DNA of 64,000 nucleotides from contig CBDCXR010000004.1 of the NCBI GenBank assembly GCA_965223845.1, positions 6,016,001 through 6,080,000 on the forward strand. The letters are read 5' to 3'. Source of the DNA: Planctomycetota bacterium (GTDB lineage Bacteria > Planctomycetota > UBA8108 > SXIK01). The position numbers and the translations under genes are program-made. This document shows positions 1 through 9,816 of this stretch, piece by piece. Within the stretch, counting starts at the first letter, position 1. Each line of letters starts with the position of its first letter. The notes beneath the pieces are model-generated. The model did not search any database. It was not told the origin of the DNA and worked only from the letters and a program-made list of their open reading frames with translations.

Positions 1-835
1 TGTTCTCGTCCTCGGGAAGAACATCGAGCTCGCCGATCGTCAGCTCCGAGACGCGGCGCATCTGATCGCGCAGGCTCTCGATCGCTGCCGCGTCGTTCGC
101 GGTCAGGATGCCGAGCGCGAGCGTCTCGATCTCGAGGCCTCCGGCGTGGAGATTGAGTGCGGCCTGCACTCGGAGAAGGGCGCGAGTCGTCACTTCGGAG
201 ATCGTCGCGAACGCGTTCGTCAGCGCCTCGTCTCGGCCGTTCTCGCCGGGGCGACTCCGCGACGCCGAGGCCTCGCCGTCGCGCAAGTTCGCGAACTCGT
301 CTCTGAGATCGATCTGCGCGTCTTCGAGGCTCGAGAGCGCCTGAAACTCCGCACCGTCGACCGTCTCACGCGCGGCGAAGCGAATCTCGCGGAGAAGACC
401 CGTCACGTCGGCGCGCAGCGTTTCGAGTCTCGTCGCGAGATCGAGCTTGGTTCGCTTGAGTGCGAGCAGGCGATCGAGCGGTCGTTCGACGGGCGCGAGG
501 CGTTCGTCCGAGCCGCGGAGTGCCTTCGCGAGGTCATCGCGGAGGCCATCGAGCTCCTCCTGGGAGCGTGCGAGCGGAACGGCCGTGACGAGCCGCCGCA
601 CGGTCGAGAGCGACTGAGCGCCGATGTTCTGCGCTTCGACCGTACCCGCGACCTTGCTCGTCACGGTGTCCATCTCGGTCTGAACCCGTACGAGCGAGAC
701 GAGGCCGAGGATGACCGAGAGGCAGCCGCAGGCCGCCACGCCCAAGCACCCCGCGAGCAACCGCCAGCGGAGGGAGCGCGCCGCGGACGAGCGCAGCCAG
801 CCTCGCCAATGGAGTAGCGAATGAAGAATACGCAA
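1..835 (-). CDS. Partial (runs off left edge) membrane-anchored sensor-like protein, probably a histidine kinase or chemoreceptor N-terminus
   Basis: Not in the supplied track; read by hand. An open minus-strand frame runs from TTG at 835 to the window edge: MRILHSLLHWRGWLRSSAARSLRWRLLAGCLGVAACGCLSVILGLVSLVRVQTEM..., then an alpha-helical region. 'SLRWRL' followed by a hydrophobic helix is typical of sensor N-termini. No catalytic domain is visible in the window. Confidence 0.6.
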   Translation of the reverse strand, partial: MRILHSLLHWRGWLRSSAARSLRWRLLAGCLGVAACGCLSVILGLVSLVRVQTEMDTVTSKVAGTVEAQNIGAQSLSTVRRLVTAVPLARSQEELDGLRDDLAKALRGSDERLAPVERPLDRLLALKRTKLDLATRLETLRADVTGLLREIRFAARETVDGAEFQALSSLEDAQIDLRDEFANLRDGEASASRSRPGENGRDEALTNAFATISEVTTRALLRVQAALNLHAGGLEIETLALGILTANDAAAIESLRDQMRRVSELTIGELDVLPEDEN

Positions 836-1181
836 AATAGACTACTACCCAAGCCCTGCGCAACTCGGAGGAATTTCGCCCGATGCGGTTCTTCCCCCAA
901 CCAAGTTTCGGCTGCGCGGTGTCTGTCCTCCACCGATCGCCCGGTAAGCGGGCGGGGAGCCCGCCGACTCCTCAAATTCGACTACGTACCGGTTCGCTCG
1001 ACGAACGCGGCGGGACGGGCGAGCGGGGCGTCGGGGCTGCGCGGAGGTCGTTCCCGTCCGCTCGGCTTCCAGTGGACGCCGTCGATCGTCCGAGGTAAGA
1101 AGAAGGACGCTTGGTCCCCGGAGAACCCGGAGCCGAACCGGGAGGGCTAGGCGAGACGACGTTCGACTCAGGTAGGAATCG

Positions 1182-1883
1182 ATGCCCTTCTTATTGGACC
1201 CACTCTATTTGATCGTTATGGGAATCGCGGCCCTGCTCAGCATCTGGGCCTCGTTCCAGGTGAAGGGAACCTTCGCGCGCTACAGCAAGCGGTCCACGCG
1301 CGCCGGGGTCTCGGGGGCCGAGATCGCCCGGGCGATTCTTCGCTCGAACGGGATCGACGATGTTCACGTCGAACGGGTCCCGGGTTCCCTCAGCGACCAC
1401 TACGATCCCATGAACCGCGTCCTTCGCCTCAGTGAGCCGGTCTACGGCAGCTCGAGCATGGCCGCTTTGGGCGTGGCGGCGCACGAAGTCGGCCACGCGA
1501 TTCAGCACGCGCAGGGCTACGCGCCGCTCAAGTTCCGCTCCGCTTGGGTTCCCGTTGCGAACGTGGCGAGTGGACTCTCCGGCATTCTCCTGATGGCCGG
1601 GTTTTTCCTCGGCATGGCCGGTCTCGCGAAGATCGGTGTCGTCGCGTTCGCGGCGACGACCCTCTTCACGCTCATCACGCTGCCGGTCGAGTTCGACGCG
1701 AGCAAGCGCGCGCTCATCGCGCTCGAGGGCGGCGGATTCGTCACGGAAGAGGAGCTTACCGGAGCGCGGCGCGTCCTCAACGCAGCCGCCATGACGTACG
1801 TCGCTGCGTTCGTCACTTCGCTGCTCCAGCTTCTCTATTTCGCGTACCGGGCGGGACTCATCGGAGGAAGCCGGGACGAGTAG
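1182..1883 (+). CDS. Membrane zinc metallopeptidase, YugP / Zn_peptidase_2 family
   Basis: Motifs LSDHYDP, AAHEVGHAIQ (HExxH), TLPVEFDASKRA and AAAMTYVA; hydrophobic segments; GTAGGA upstream of ATG. Confidence 0.9.
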   Translation: MPFLLDPLYLIVMGIAALLSIWASFQVKGTFARYSKRSTRAGVSGAEIARAILRSNGIDDVHVERVPGSLSDHYDPMNRVLRLSEPVYGSSSMAALGVAAHEVGHAIQHAQGYAPLKFRSAWVPVANVASGLSGILLMAGFFLGMAGLAKIGVVAFAATTLFTLITLPVEFDASKRALIALEGGGFVTEEELTGARRVLNAAAMTYVAAFVTSLLQLLYFAYRAGLIGGSRDE

Positions 1884-2229
1884 TTCTCGTTCCGGGAAGA
1901 ACTCTCTCTGGTCCCTCGGCCTCTTGGTCGGCCCACGCTGCTCGCGCTGCCGCGTACGACTGGCCCGCGCATCGCCTCTACTGTCTCGCCTGCGGGGCGG
2001 AGGAGACCGGCTTCGAGATTCACAGTTTCTTAGTTCTCTCGAAACATTCGCTCGGTGCCTGAACGCGATGCGAGCTCGGTTCGAAGCCTCCCTCGACTCC
2101 TCGAAGCCGAGCTAAGTGCGAGCGATGTCCTTCGGCAGCTCGTCGACACGATCTGTAATCCCGTGTCGTCGGGGTTCCCGACGCAAAGAATTGGCCCGGG
2201 CCCCGCAGCGCGCCGAGTGGGAGATCCGC

Positions 2230-5200
2230 CTACGGCACCCCGAAACAAGCCGAAAGATCACACCCGACGTCGACGACTCCCGCCGCGCAGTCCGGAAACG
2301 GCGCGCTCGGCGCTTCCCCCGCCGCGAACAGGTAGAGGAAGAGAAAAATCGGATCGCCAATGTCGACGTCTCCGTCGGTGTTTACGTCCGCCGAGTCTCG
2401 ACAGTTCGGCTCGCGCTCGCCCGAGAACAGCCAATTGAGGACGAAAATCCCGTCGGCGAGGTCGACGCGAAGGTCCTGGTTCGCGTCCCCGCGTAGGAAC
2501 TCCGGCGAGTTTGGATCGACGACGTGCACGTTGATGATCTCGGTGCCGCGGCCGCCGACGGAGTCCTCGACGGCGAGCTCGACCGAGTAGTTCCCCTGGG
2601 CGCCCATTCCGAACGAAGAGAGATCCGCGTGGCTCACGATCGGCTGCGGGCCGGCGACGATGTTCCCGTCGAAGTTCCACTCGTAGAGGACGATGCCGTC
2701 GCCGAGCGCCGAATTGGGTTCGGAGGAAGCGGTCCCGTCGAGATGAAGATCGTCGCCGACGAGCACAGTGTAGCCGTCATTCGGATCGTCGGGGTCGGCA
2801 TCGGCGACGGGATCGTCGTTCTCGTAGCTGAACGCGTTCGGAGCGAGGAACGACGTGCCTTCGGCCCGTGTGATGAAAATGTCGACGTCGTGAGGCGGAA
2901 ACGCGCCCGACGGAGCGGTGACTTCGACGCCGCCCGGGACCGGGGTGAGCTCGCTCGCGAGTGCGGCGCCGAATCGAACCTCGCTCGCGCCGAGCGCGCC
3001 GCGCCCTTCGATCCGAACGCGGTAGCCGCCGTTCACCGAGCCGACGCTCGGGACGACGTCGTTGATCTCGATCGGCTGCGATGCGCGTGACATCGCGTTC
3101 GCGCCGCCATCGATTTCCTCCGAGTTCGACCATCCATCTCCGTCGAGATCGCCGTCCGGGTCGACGCTGTTCGCGAAGACGAAGCCTGTCGCGTCGCCGC
3201 GATTGAGCGGGGCGTAGCCGACGAGCTCGGAACTGATCTGCGTGCCGTCGGACGCTAGGCGAAAGAGTGTCGATCCGATGCCGGCTGCGTACTGCGACGC
3301 CCAGATGTCGCCGTCGCCGCTAACCGAGAGGCCGCGGAGACTCGGTGCGAGGGTGATCGTCGTGAGATTCGTGCCGTCGGCATCGAGGCGAGTGAGAGTC
3401 GGCTCAAAATCGTTCGCAACCCAGATGCGCCCGGCGATATCGAGAGTGATTTCTACGGGACGAAGGCCGGCGGCGAATGTCCCGATCGTCGAGCCGTCGC
3501 CGGCGAGGATCGTCACGTCGTCCGAGCCGCGGTTTGCAACGTAGACCCGGCCGGCGCGATCGCAAACGAGCGCCGACGGTTCCGCGCCGGCGGCGTACGG
3601 CGAGCCGGCAAGCTCCGCACCGGAGGAGTCGAGCTTCGTCACGTCGTCGCTCCCCGCGTTCGCGATCCAGATGTGCCCCGTGCGATCGATGGCGACGGCG
3701 ACCGGCCTCGTGCCGGCCGCGTAGAGCGCCGTGTCCACCTGTCCGTCCGCGCGCACGCGCGCGACGCTTCCCGTCTTCTCGAGACTCACCCAAGCATCTC
3801 CCGCCGCGTCGACCGCGATTCCGATGAGGTCAACGTCCTGGAGCGCGCCGACCAGACTGGCGAGATCCGAGCGGAAGCGCACCTGTCCGGCCGAATTGAG
3901 CTTCGTCACACTCGCGTTTTTTCGGCACGCGAGCCAGACGCCGCCGTCGCCGCCGACCGCGATTCCGAGAGGCTTTCGTCCTCCGCCGAGACGGAACGGA
4001 CCCTCGAGCGCGACGACGTCCGATGTCACATCGTCGAGCGCGACGAATGTCGCCGCGTCGTCGAACGAACTCGCCGACCAGACGCCGTGTCGAATGCCGA
4101 GATCGACCGGGAGCGCACCGTACGCATCGACGAGTCCCGTTCCGTACGTCGCGTTCCACGCCGGATCGAGGAGCGGCTCGTCCGGAGTTCCGATCGGCTC
4201 CGCGGTGATGCGGAGCGCGGTTCGAACCGCCCCGGGGTCGAGAGATTCTCCGGCGTCGAGAAGGAGCGCCGCAACTCCACTCACGTGAGCCGACGCGGCC
4301 GAGCTTCCGCTCAGCTCCGAATAGGAGAGCGGCGGCGCGGGCGCGACGCTTCCCGTCGGCGCGAGGATGGCAACACCCGGCGCGACCACGTCCGGTTTCA
4401 TTTCGTCGGTGGGATCGCCGTCGCCGTCGTCGAGCCGCGGCCCGAAGTTCGCCGGCGGGTAGATCGCGTCGTCGGCGCGGTCGATCGTGCCGCCGTCGTC
4501 GAGCGCCGCGACGGTGATCGCCCCGTCGGCGGCGCCGGGCGCGCCGAAACCGGACGCGCCGGCACCGCTGTTGCCCGCCGACGCGACGACGATGAGGCCT
4601 GCTGCAGTCGCCGCGTCGACGGCCATGCTGATCGCGTCCTTCCCGTCCGTCCGCGTCGTGCTCGAGAGGCTCAGGTTGAGGACGTCGATGCCGCGATGGG
4701 CGGTCGGTTGACCGCTCCAGGCGGTCGTTCGGTTGTTCATGCACCACTGAAGACCGGCGAGCAGCGTCGCGCTTGTCCCTTGGCCGAATCGATTGAGCAC
4801 CTTGACGTCGACGAGTTTCGCGTCGGGCGCGATCCCGAGCGAGGTCGAGCTTCGACCGCAGGCGATGCCGGCAGCGTGTGTCCCGTGAAAGACTCCAATG
4901 AAGTCCATATCGTCGTCGGGATTCGAAGCGCTTCCGGCCGTCGCCGGATCGTCGCTGAACGCATCGAAGCCCGCGACGAACTTGCCGGCGAGCGCCGGGT
5001 GATCGTCGTCGACACCGCTGTCGAGAAACGCGATGTTGACGCCTGCGCCGGTGATTCCGAGATCGTGCGCCGTCGACGGCGAGTGCACATCGCTCGGCGC
5101 GGCGCGAAGGACAGCCGCGCTGATATCGAGAGTCGCTTCGAGCGTGACGTCTTCCTCGATGCGAAAGATCGTCGTCTCGGTTGCGAGCACTTGCTTGACG

Positions 5201-8200
5201 TCCTCGACGCGGATGCCCGCGAGACAGACCGCCGAGATCAGCGGAAACGTGCGCGGCGGATGCGCGGCGAGGGGCGCGAGTCGGTCTGCGATCGCAGCGA
5301 GATCCGATCCCGCCTCGAAGACGACCACGATATCGATCGACTCGGAGTCCCGGCGGGCGTCGATCGCATCGTCGAGTCGATCGCCGTCGCGGTCGCCCTC
5401 CCAATCGGCGTAGTCGTCGTTCGGAAACGTTTCGGCGCGAGCGCGGACCCGGATCACCGCCTCGCTCGATCCCTCTGCTCCCATGCGATCCTCGACCGTG
5501 AGCTCGACGCGGTGCTCGCCGACCCGCGCGAGACCGAAGCTCTCGAGCTCGATCGCCTCGATAAATACCTTCGCCCCGCGTCGGTCCGGTTCGCCGTCGC
5601 GGTCGAGATCCCACCAGTAGCCCGCGATCGCGTCGCCGGCGGGCACGTTCGGATCGGAGGAGGAGGAGCCATCGAGAACGAGGCCGCGACCGAGTCGCGT
5701 CGCGTAGCCATCTTCGTTCGCGATCGGCATCGCGCGCGCGACAGGAGGGTCGTTGAGGTACGTAAAGCCCTCGGCGAGAAAGATGGTCGTCTCCTCGAGC
5801 TCGACGGCGACGGTGACCGCGCCCGCGGGAATCCGTCCCGTGGGGACGATCGCTTCGATGGTCACGTCGTCGATGATCGCGAGGCTCGCCGCGCGGCCGT
5901 CGAACCGGACCGCCTTCGCGCCGGCGAGCCCGGGGCCCGAAATCACGACCGGGTAGCCACCGTTGATGGAACCCGATCGCGGAACGACTTCGATCGTTGT
6001 GAGCTCGACCGTCGTCACGTCCTCGTCGCGAGCGCCCGCGCTATCGGCCACGCGGAGGATGACCGGGTATACGCCGAGATCGCGGATGCCGAGCGCCGCG
6101 AGCCCAGCGGCGGTAAGACGCGGCGTGACGCCCGAGGTCTCGAACAGCCCGTCGCCACCCACGTCCCACTCGTACGTCACGAGGACGTCGCCGAGAGGAG
6201 AGTTTCGATCGGTCGAGGCGCTGCCGTCGAGACGGAGACCGTCGCCCGCCCGAACGACGTATCCGGCCCCCGACGACTGGGGGTGAGCCGCGGCGACGGG
6301 CGCATCGTTCAGATAGACGTAGTCGCCGAGCGGGAACTCGAGCCCTGGCGACAGGGTGACGACCGCAGGAACGGTTTCCGGCGGAAATCGTCCGGCGGGG
6401 ACGACGACTTCGAGCGTCGTTTCGTCGATGGCCCGGACGGACGGCGACGCGTTGTCGCCGAAGAACACTCCGACCTTGTCGGCCGCGACGGGCGAGGACG
6501 AGCGGATGTGCGCGAGCTGTCCGCCGTTCACCGAACCGCGCCGGGGATCGAGACCGAACTCGAGCCGAATGATGTCGACCACGCGGATGCGTTCGTTTCC
6601 TTTGTCCGCGATGAAGATGTGCGAGCCGTCGGGAGAATAGAGAGCCGCGGCCGGCCGCCGGAGCTCAGCGAGATTCGCGGGGCCGCCATCGCCGCTCGCA
6701 CCAGGAACGCCGCTTCCGACGAGTGGGATCCACTCACCGCCTCCTCCGAGCGCGACGACTTGATGACGCGCCCGGTCGACGACGCGGAGCGCACCGGAGA
6801 AATCGAGTGCGAGGCCGGCGGGATCAATCGCGGTTCCAATGGTTCGGATCACCCTACCCGCATCGATTTCGAAGACCGCACCGAGCCCTTCGTCGGCGAT
6901 GTAGAGGTTTCCCGTCGCATCGGCCGCGAGCGAGGACGGAAGACCGAGACGAGCGTCCGTACCCGCGACATCGCGGGGTTCGAGTGCGCCCCCGCCCGCG
7001 TAGACCGAGAGCTCGCCGTTGCTCAAGAGATAGATGCGTCCCGCCGAGCGATCAGCGATCCACGCACCGGCGGGACCGAGCGCAACGTCGGTCGGATCTT
7101 GGAGCGCCGCCGCGAGCGCATCGACCGGTCCGTTCCCGGGTGCCATCGTACCGCCGCCGGCGACCGTTTCGATGTTTCGTCCGGTGACACGCCTCACTCG
7201 CGCGTGTCCCGTATCGGCGATCCAGAGCGCTCCGTCCGCACCGATGGCGATCCCGCGCGGACGGGCGAGCCGCGCGAGTTCCGCGGGTCCGCCGTCACCG
7301 AGCCCATCGAGCGACGAACTACCGCCCGCCGCGGTTCGGATGGTTTCGGCGACGGGATCGATGACGCGAACGCGATCGTTCTCGGTGTCGGCGATCCAGA
7401 CGAGTCCGCTCGACATCGCGAGATCGCTTGGACAGGCGAAGAGAGCCTCTGCGAGCGAGTCGCCGCGGTCGTAGAACCGCGTGGACCCGTTTCCGGCGAC
7501 GGTTCGGATGATTCCATCGTCTCCGATTGCCCGGAGTCTCCGATTCAGCCGATCGGCGATCCGGAGCGTTCCGTCGGCAGCCACTCCCAGATCGGCGACT
7601 CGTCCGAGGCGGGCGGCCGTGGCCGGGCCGCCGTCGCCGAGACCGTCTGCCGGTGCGCCGCCACCGGCGAACGGAGTGACGATCGCGTCGTCGATCCCGA
7701 CGCGGAGGACGCGTTCGAGCGAGGTGGTCTCACAGTCATCGCCTTCGCGCTTGCAGATGCGATCGGCGACGTAGAGCGCTCGCGCTTGAGCGTCGACCGC
7801 GATCGCGGTCGGATACGCGAACGCCGGGGGTAGATCCTCGATTCCCTCCGCTCCGCCGGCGTCGCTCGCTACCGCCGAACCGAGAACGATTTCGCGGTCG
7901 ATGTCGAACGCGTAAACGTCCCGGCGCGTTGCGTCGGCGATCCATAGAGTCCACGGCATCTCGAGATCGATGGCGGTGATCTCGCCGAGGAGAAATTCGC
8001 GCGCCGGAGTTTCAGCGATGACGGGATCCTCGCGGTCCGCGATGCCGGTCGTGCCGGCGATCGTAGAGATGCGGCCGTCCGCCGTGAGCCGCCGAATGCG
8101 AAACGTGGACGCTTCGGCAAAGAGAAGGCTTCCGTCCGGCGCGACGACCATCGAGGACACTTCGCCGATGGGTTCCGTGCGCGCGTCGTCGCCGTCCGCG

Positions 8201-8661
8201 CCGATTCCTTCCTCGCCGTTTCCTCCGACGAGCGAGACTCGATTCGATGCGACGTCGAGGCGGAACACGCGACGCTGCTCTCGGTCGTAGATCCAGAGAT
8301 TGCTGCGGTCATCCACGGCGACGGGACCCGTTCGTTCGAATGCGGCTGCGGACGCATCGACGTCGCCGGCCCAGCTCGCCGGAACGCCAGTACCGAACGC
8401 GAGCGCGACGCTGCCGTCGCCGCGTAGCTCGTAGATCGCAGGTCCGCTAGCGAACCGAATTGCGACTCCCGGCGCGTGTGCGATCCCCGTCGGATCGACA
8501 CCGAGCTCATCGGCGAAGAAGGGGCCCGGCGGATGGCGATCGCCGGCGAGGGTCCGAATCACTCCGCTCTCTTCGGCCGCTAGTGAGCTGGCGCAAGCGA
8601 CAATGACGGGGAGAAGAAGTCGACGCACCGCCCGCGAGCAAAAGAACTGGGACGTCATCAT
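2230..8661 (-). CDS. Large secreted S8 (subtilisin-like) serine peptidase with NHL repeats, IPT/TIG and PKD-like domains and a C-terminal dockerin-like module
   Basis: Signal peptide; NHL-type GDGGPA/LWIADT repeats; triad motifs AFLDSG (Asp), HGTHAAG (His) and LSGSSAAS (Ser), plus SAGNSG and KPDVVAPG; three GSxNGG-starting IPT modules each followed by an LDGxxSxD PKD-like module; C-terminal FLRGDANQD...CRDSADVNTDG. Confidence 0.88.
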   Translation of the reverse strand: MMTSQFFCSRAVRRLLLPVIVACASSLAAEESGVIRTLAGDRHPPGPFFADELGVDPTGIAHAPGVAIRFASGPAIYELRGDGSVALAFGTGVPASWAGDVDASAAAFERTGPVAVDDRSNLWIYDREQRRVFRLDVASNRVSLVGGNGEEGIGADGDDARTEPIGEVSSMVVAPDGSLLFAEASTFRIRRLTADGRISTIAGTTGIADREDPVIAETPAREFLLGEITAIDLEMPWTLWIADATRRDVYAFDIDREIVLGSAVASDAGGAEGIEDLPPAFAYPTAIAVDAQARALYVADRICKREGDDCETTSLERVLRVGIDDAIVTPFAGGGAPADGLGDGGPATAARLGRVADLGVAADGTLRIADRLNRRLRAIGDDGIIRTVAGNGSTRFYDRGDSLAEALFACPSDLAMSSGLVWIADTENDRVRVIDPVAETIRTAAGGSSSLDGLGDGGPAELARLARPRGIAIGADGALWIADTGHARVRRVTGRNIETVAGGGTMAPGNGPVDALAAALQDPTDVALGPAGAWIADRSAGRIYLLSNGELSVYAGGGALEPRDVAGTDARLGLPSSLAADATGNLYIADEGLGAVFEIDAGRVIRTIGTAIDPAGLALDFSGALRVVDRARHQVVALGGGGEWIPLVGSGVPGASGDGGPANLAELRRPAAALYSPDGSHIFIADKGNERIRVVDIIRLEFGLDPRRGSVNGGQLAHIRSSSPVAADKVGVFFGDNASPSVRAIDETTLEVVVPAGRFPPETVPAVVTLSPGLEFPLGDYVYLNDAPVAAAHPQSSGAGYVVRAGDGLRLDGSASTDRNSPLGDVLVTYEWDVGGDGLFETSGVTPRLTAAGLAALGIRDLGVYPVILRVADSAGARDEDVTTVELTTIEVVPRSGSINGGYPVVISGPGLAGAKAVRFDGRAASLAIIDDVTIEAIVPTGRIPAGAVTVAVELEETTIFLAEGFTYLNDPPVARAMPIANEDGYATRLGRGLVLDGSSSSDPNVPAGDAIAGYWWDLDRDGEPDRRGAKVFIEAIELESFGLARVGEHRVELTVEDRMGAEGSSEAVIRVRARAETFPNDDYADWEGDRDGDRLDDAIDARRDSESIDIVVVFEAGSDLAAIADRLAPLAAHPPRTFPLISAVCLAGIRVEDVKQVLATETTIFRIEEDVTLEATLDISAAVLRAAPSDVHSPSTAHDLGITGAGVNIAFLDSGVDDDHPALAGKFVAGFDAFSDDPATAGSASNPDDDMDFIGVFHGTHAAGIACGRSSTSLGIAPDAKLVDVKVLNRFGQGTSATLLAGLQWCMNNRTTAWSGQPTAHRGIDVLNLSLSSTTRTDGKDAISMAVDAATAAGLIVVASAGNSGAGASGFGAPGAADGAITVAALDDGGTIDRADDAIYPPANFGPRLDDGDGDPTDEMKPDVVAPGVAILAPTGSVAPAPPLSYSELSGSSAASAHVSGVAALLLDAGESLDPGAVRTALRITAEPIGTPDEPLLDPAWNATYGTGLVDAYGALPVDLGIRHGVWSASSFDDAATFVALDDVTSDVVALEGPFRLGGGRKPLGIAVGGDGGVWLACRKNASVTKLNSAGQVRFRSDLASLVGALQDVDLIGIAVDAAGDAWVSLEKTGSVARVRADGQVDTALYAAGTRPVAVAIDRTGHIWIANAGSDDVTKLDSSGAELAGSPYAAGAEPSALVCDRAGRVYVANRGSDDVTILAGDGSTIGTFAAGLRPVEITLDIAGRIWVANDFEPTLTRLDADGTNLTTITLAPSLRGLSVSGDGDIWASQYAAGIGSTLFRLASDGTQISSELVGYAPLNRGDATGFVFANSVDPDGDLDGDGWSNSEEIDGGANAMSRASQPIEINDVVPSVGSVNGGYRVRIEGRGALGASEVRFGAALASELTPVPGGVEVTAPSGAFPPHDVDIFITRAEGTSFLAPNAFSYENDDPVADADPDDPNDGYTVLVGDDLHLDGTASSEPNSALGDGIVLYEWNFDGNIVAGPQPIVSHADLSSFGMGAQGNYSVELAVEDSVGGRGTEIINVHVVDPNSPEFLRGDANQDLRVDLADGIFVLNWLFSGEREPNCRDSADVNTDGDVDIGDPIFLFLYLFAAGEAPSAPFPDCAAGVVDVGCDLSACFGVP

Positions 8662-8949
8662 GGAAGCTCCGCGTCGCCGCCCGACGTCGCGGACGCGGCA
8701 TCGGGCGGCGATTTCGATTCGAGGGGGAAAGGGCTAGCGCGGGATCGAGAGCTCGTGTCCGCGCGAAGCGTGCTCCGACCGGCGAGGCCGACGGACGCGC
8801 AAAGAGTCGAGATTCCGATCGCGCTCGCTCGGAGGAACGACCCCGGCCGGCTCGTCTTCGCCGCGTCGGAGGCGACATCGCACGACGATCGAACGATCGC
8901 CGCCGTGTCCTCCGAGAAGGGGATCCAAGACGCAGCGATACGCCGGCTC

Positions 8950-9130
8950 GCGGTCATTCCACGAGCGGCCAACAGAGGTGGAAGAAGCTGCTGCTTGGAC
9001 GGTTGACCCCAGACACTCCCGTCGTGCGGGAGGGCAAACAACCCGAACCTCACTGTAGTCGCAGGACGAAGGATCGGTCAACCCGAGGCGCGACAAGGAG
9101 TTGGCGAAGGCCTCGCGGTATGGGTTATGT
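8950..9130. ncRNA. Candidate structured RNA (long imperfect hairpin with central bubble, 6S-like topology), unassigned
   Basis: Nested complementarity: 8959-8965/9112-9118, 8968-8973/9100-9105, 9001-9008/9076-9083 and inner 9016-9021/9027-9032. It lies in an approximately 690-bp intergenic gap between divergent genes. No family was recognised with certainty. Confidence 0.3.
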
Positions 9131-9354
9131 TCAGAGGCTGCGATGGGACGGGAACTCCACCCAGACGCGGTTCGTTGGCTGAGCGGCGCGGGATCCGCGG
9201 CCAGCTCTCGCGAATTCACCGCCCGCTTGTGACGCGGCGCGGCGGAGCGGAGAAGACCCATTCAGCGAACGTGAGCCCGGCGTGCGGGCGAACTGGAGAG
9301 CCGGGGCGCGAACGTTCCCTCCGGCGTCGGTCGATCGTTTTTTGAGGTGTCCAG

Positions 9355-9720
9355 ATGAAGAGACGCGAATTCAACAAACGCCTTCTCGGCGCGGCAGCGG
9401 GCGGGGTGTTCGCCGGCCTCACCGCCGGATGTACGAGCAACGGGACGGAAGAGTCGCCCGATGTGAGCGAGCTTCACATCTGTAAGGGCCACAACGATTG
9501 CAAGGGAAAGGGCGGCTGCAAGACGGGCGACAATGGTTGCGCGGGCAAGAACTCCTGCAAGGGAAAGGGCGGCTGCGCACCGAAGGACGCCCACCACGAC
9601 TGCAAGGGAAAGAACCTCTGCAAGGGACTCGGCGGCTGCGGCTCGGGCGACCAGGGCTGCGTCGGTAAGAACACGTGCAAGGGGAAAGGTGGCTGCGCGG
9701 TTCCCGTGAAGCCCATGTAG
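9355..9720 (+). CDS. Cys-rich MNIO precursor-like protein (bufferin BufA2-like repeats), predicted Tat lipoprotein
   Basis: RBS GAGGT; twin-arginine MKRREF plus lipobox LTAGC; four CxGxNxCKGxGGC repeats; directly upstream of DUF692. Confidence 0.85.
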   Translation: MKRREFNKRLLGAAAGGVFAGLTAGCTSNGTEESPDVSELHICKGHNDCKGKGGCKTGDNGCAGKNSCKGKGGCAPKDAHHDCKGKNLCKGLGGCGSGDQGCVGKNTCKGKGGCAVPVKPM

Positions 9721-9816
9721 AGCGCGGCCCATTCCGCGTGAGTGAACGTTCGGGGGAAACGACCGGCCGAGGCGTTTCCCTCGAGCGTTGTTTCTGAAGT
9801 TGCGAGCGCCGTCGCC

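Noticed and set aside
2073-2113. Hairpin between convergent genes as a terminator
   Set aside because: Imperfect stem with a long loop and no U tract on either strand; not distinguishable from chance in GC-rich DNA.
3673-7833. 1386-aa plus-strand ORF
   Set aside because: Antisense shadow of the S8 protease gene. It is R/D/V-rich with no motifs; long stop-free antisense frames are expected with strong GC3 bias.
9030-9150. c-di-GMP-I riboswitch (AGGGCAAAC) or group I intron R-like element (GTTCAGAGGCTG)
   Set aside because: The companion conserved elements (GAAA loop with GACGCAAAG; intron S element) are not present at suitable positions.
9470-9710. Direct DNA repeats as a CRISPR-like array
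   Set aside because: The repeats are in-frame, degenerate at codon third positions and encode the Cys motifs; there are no cas genes.
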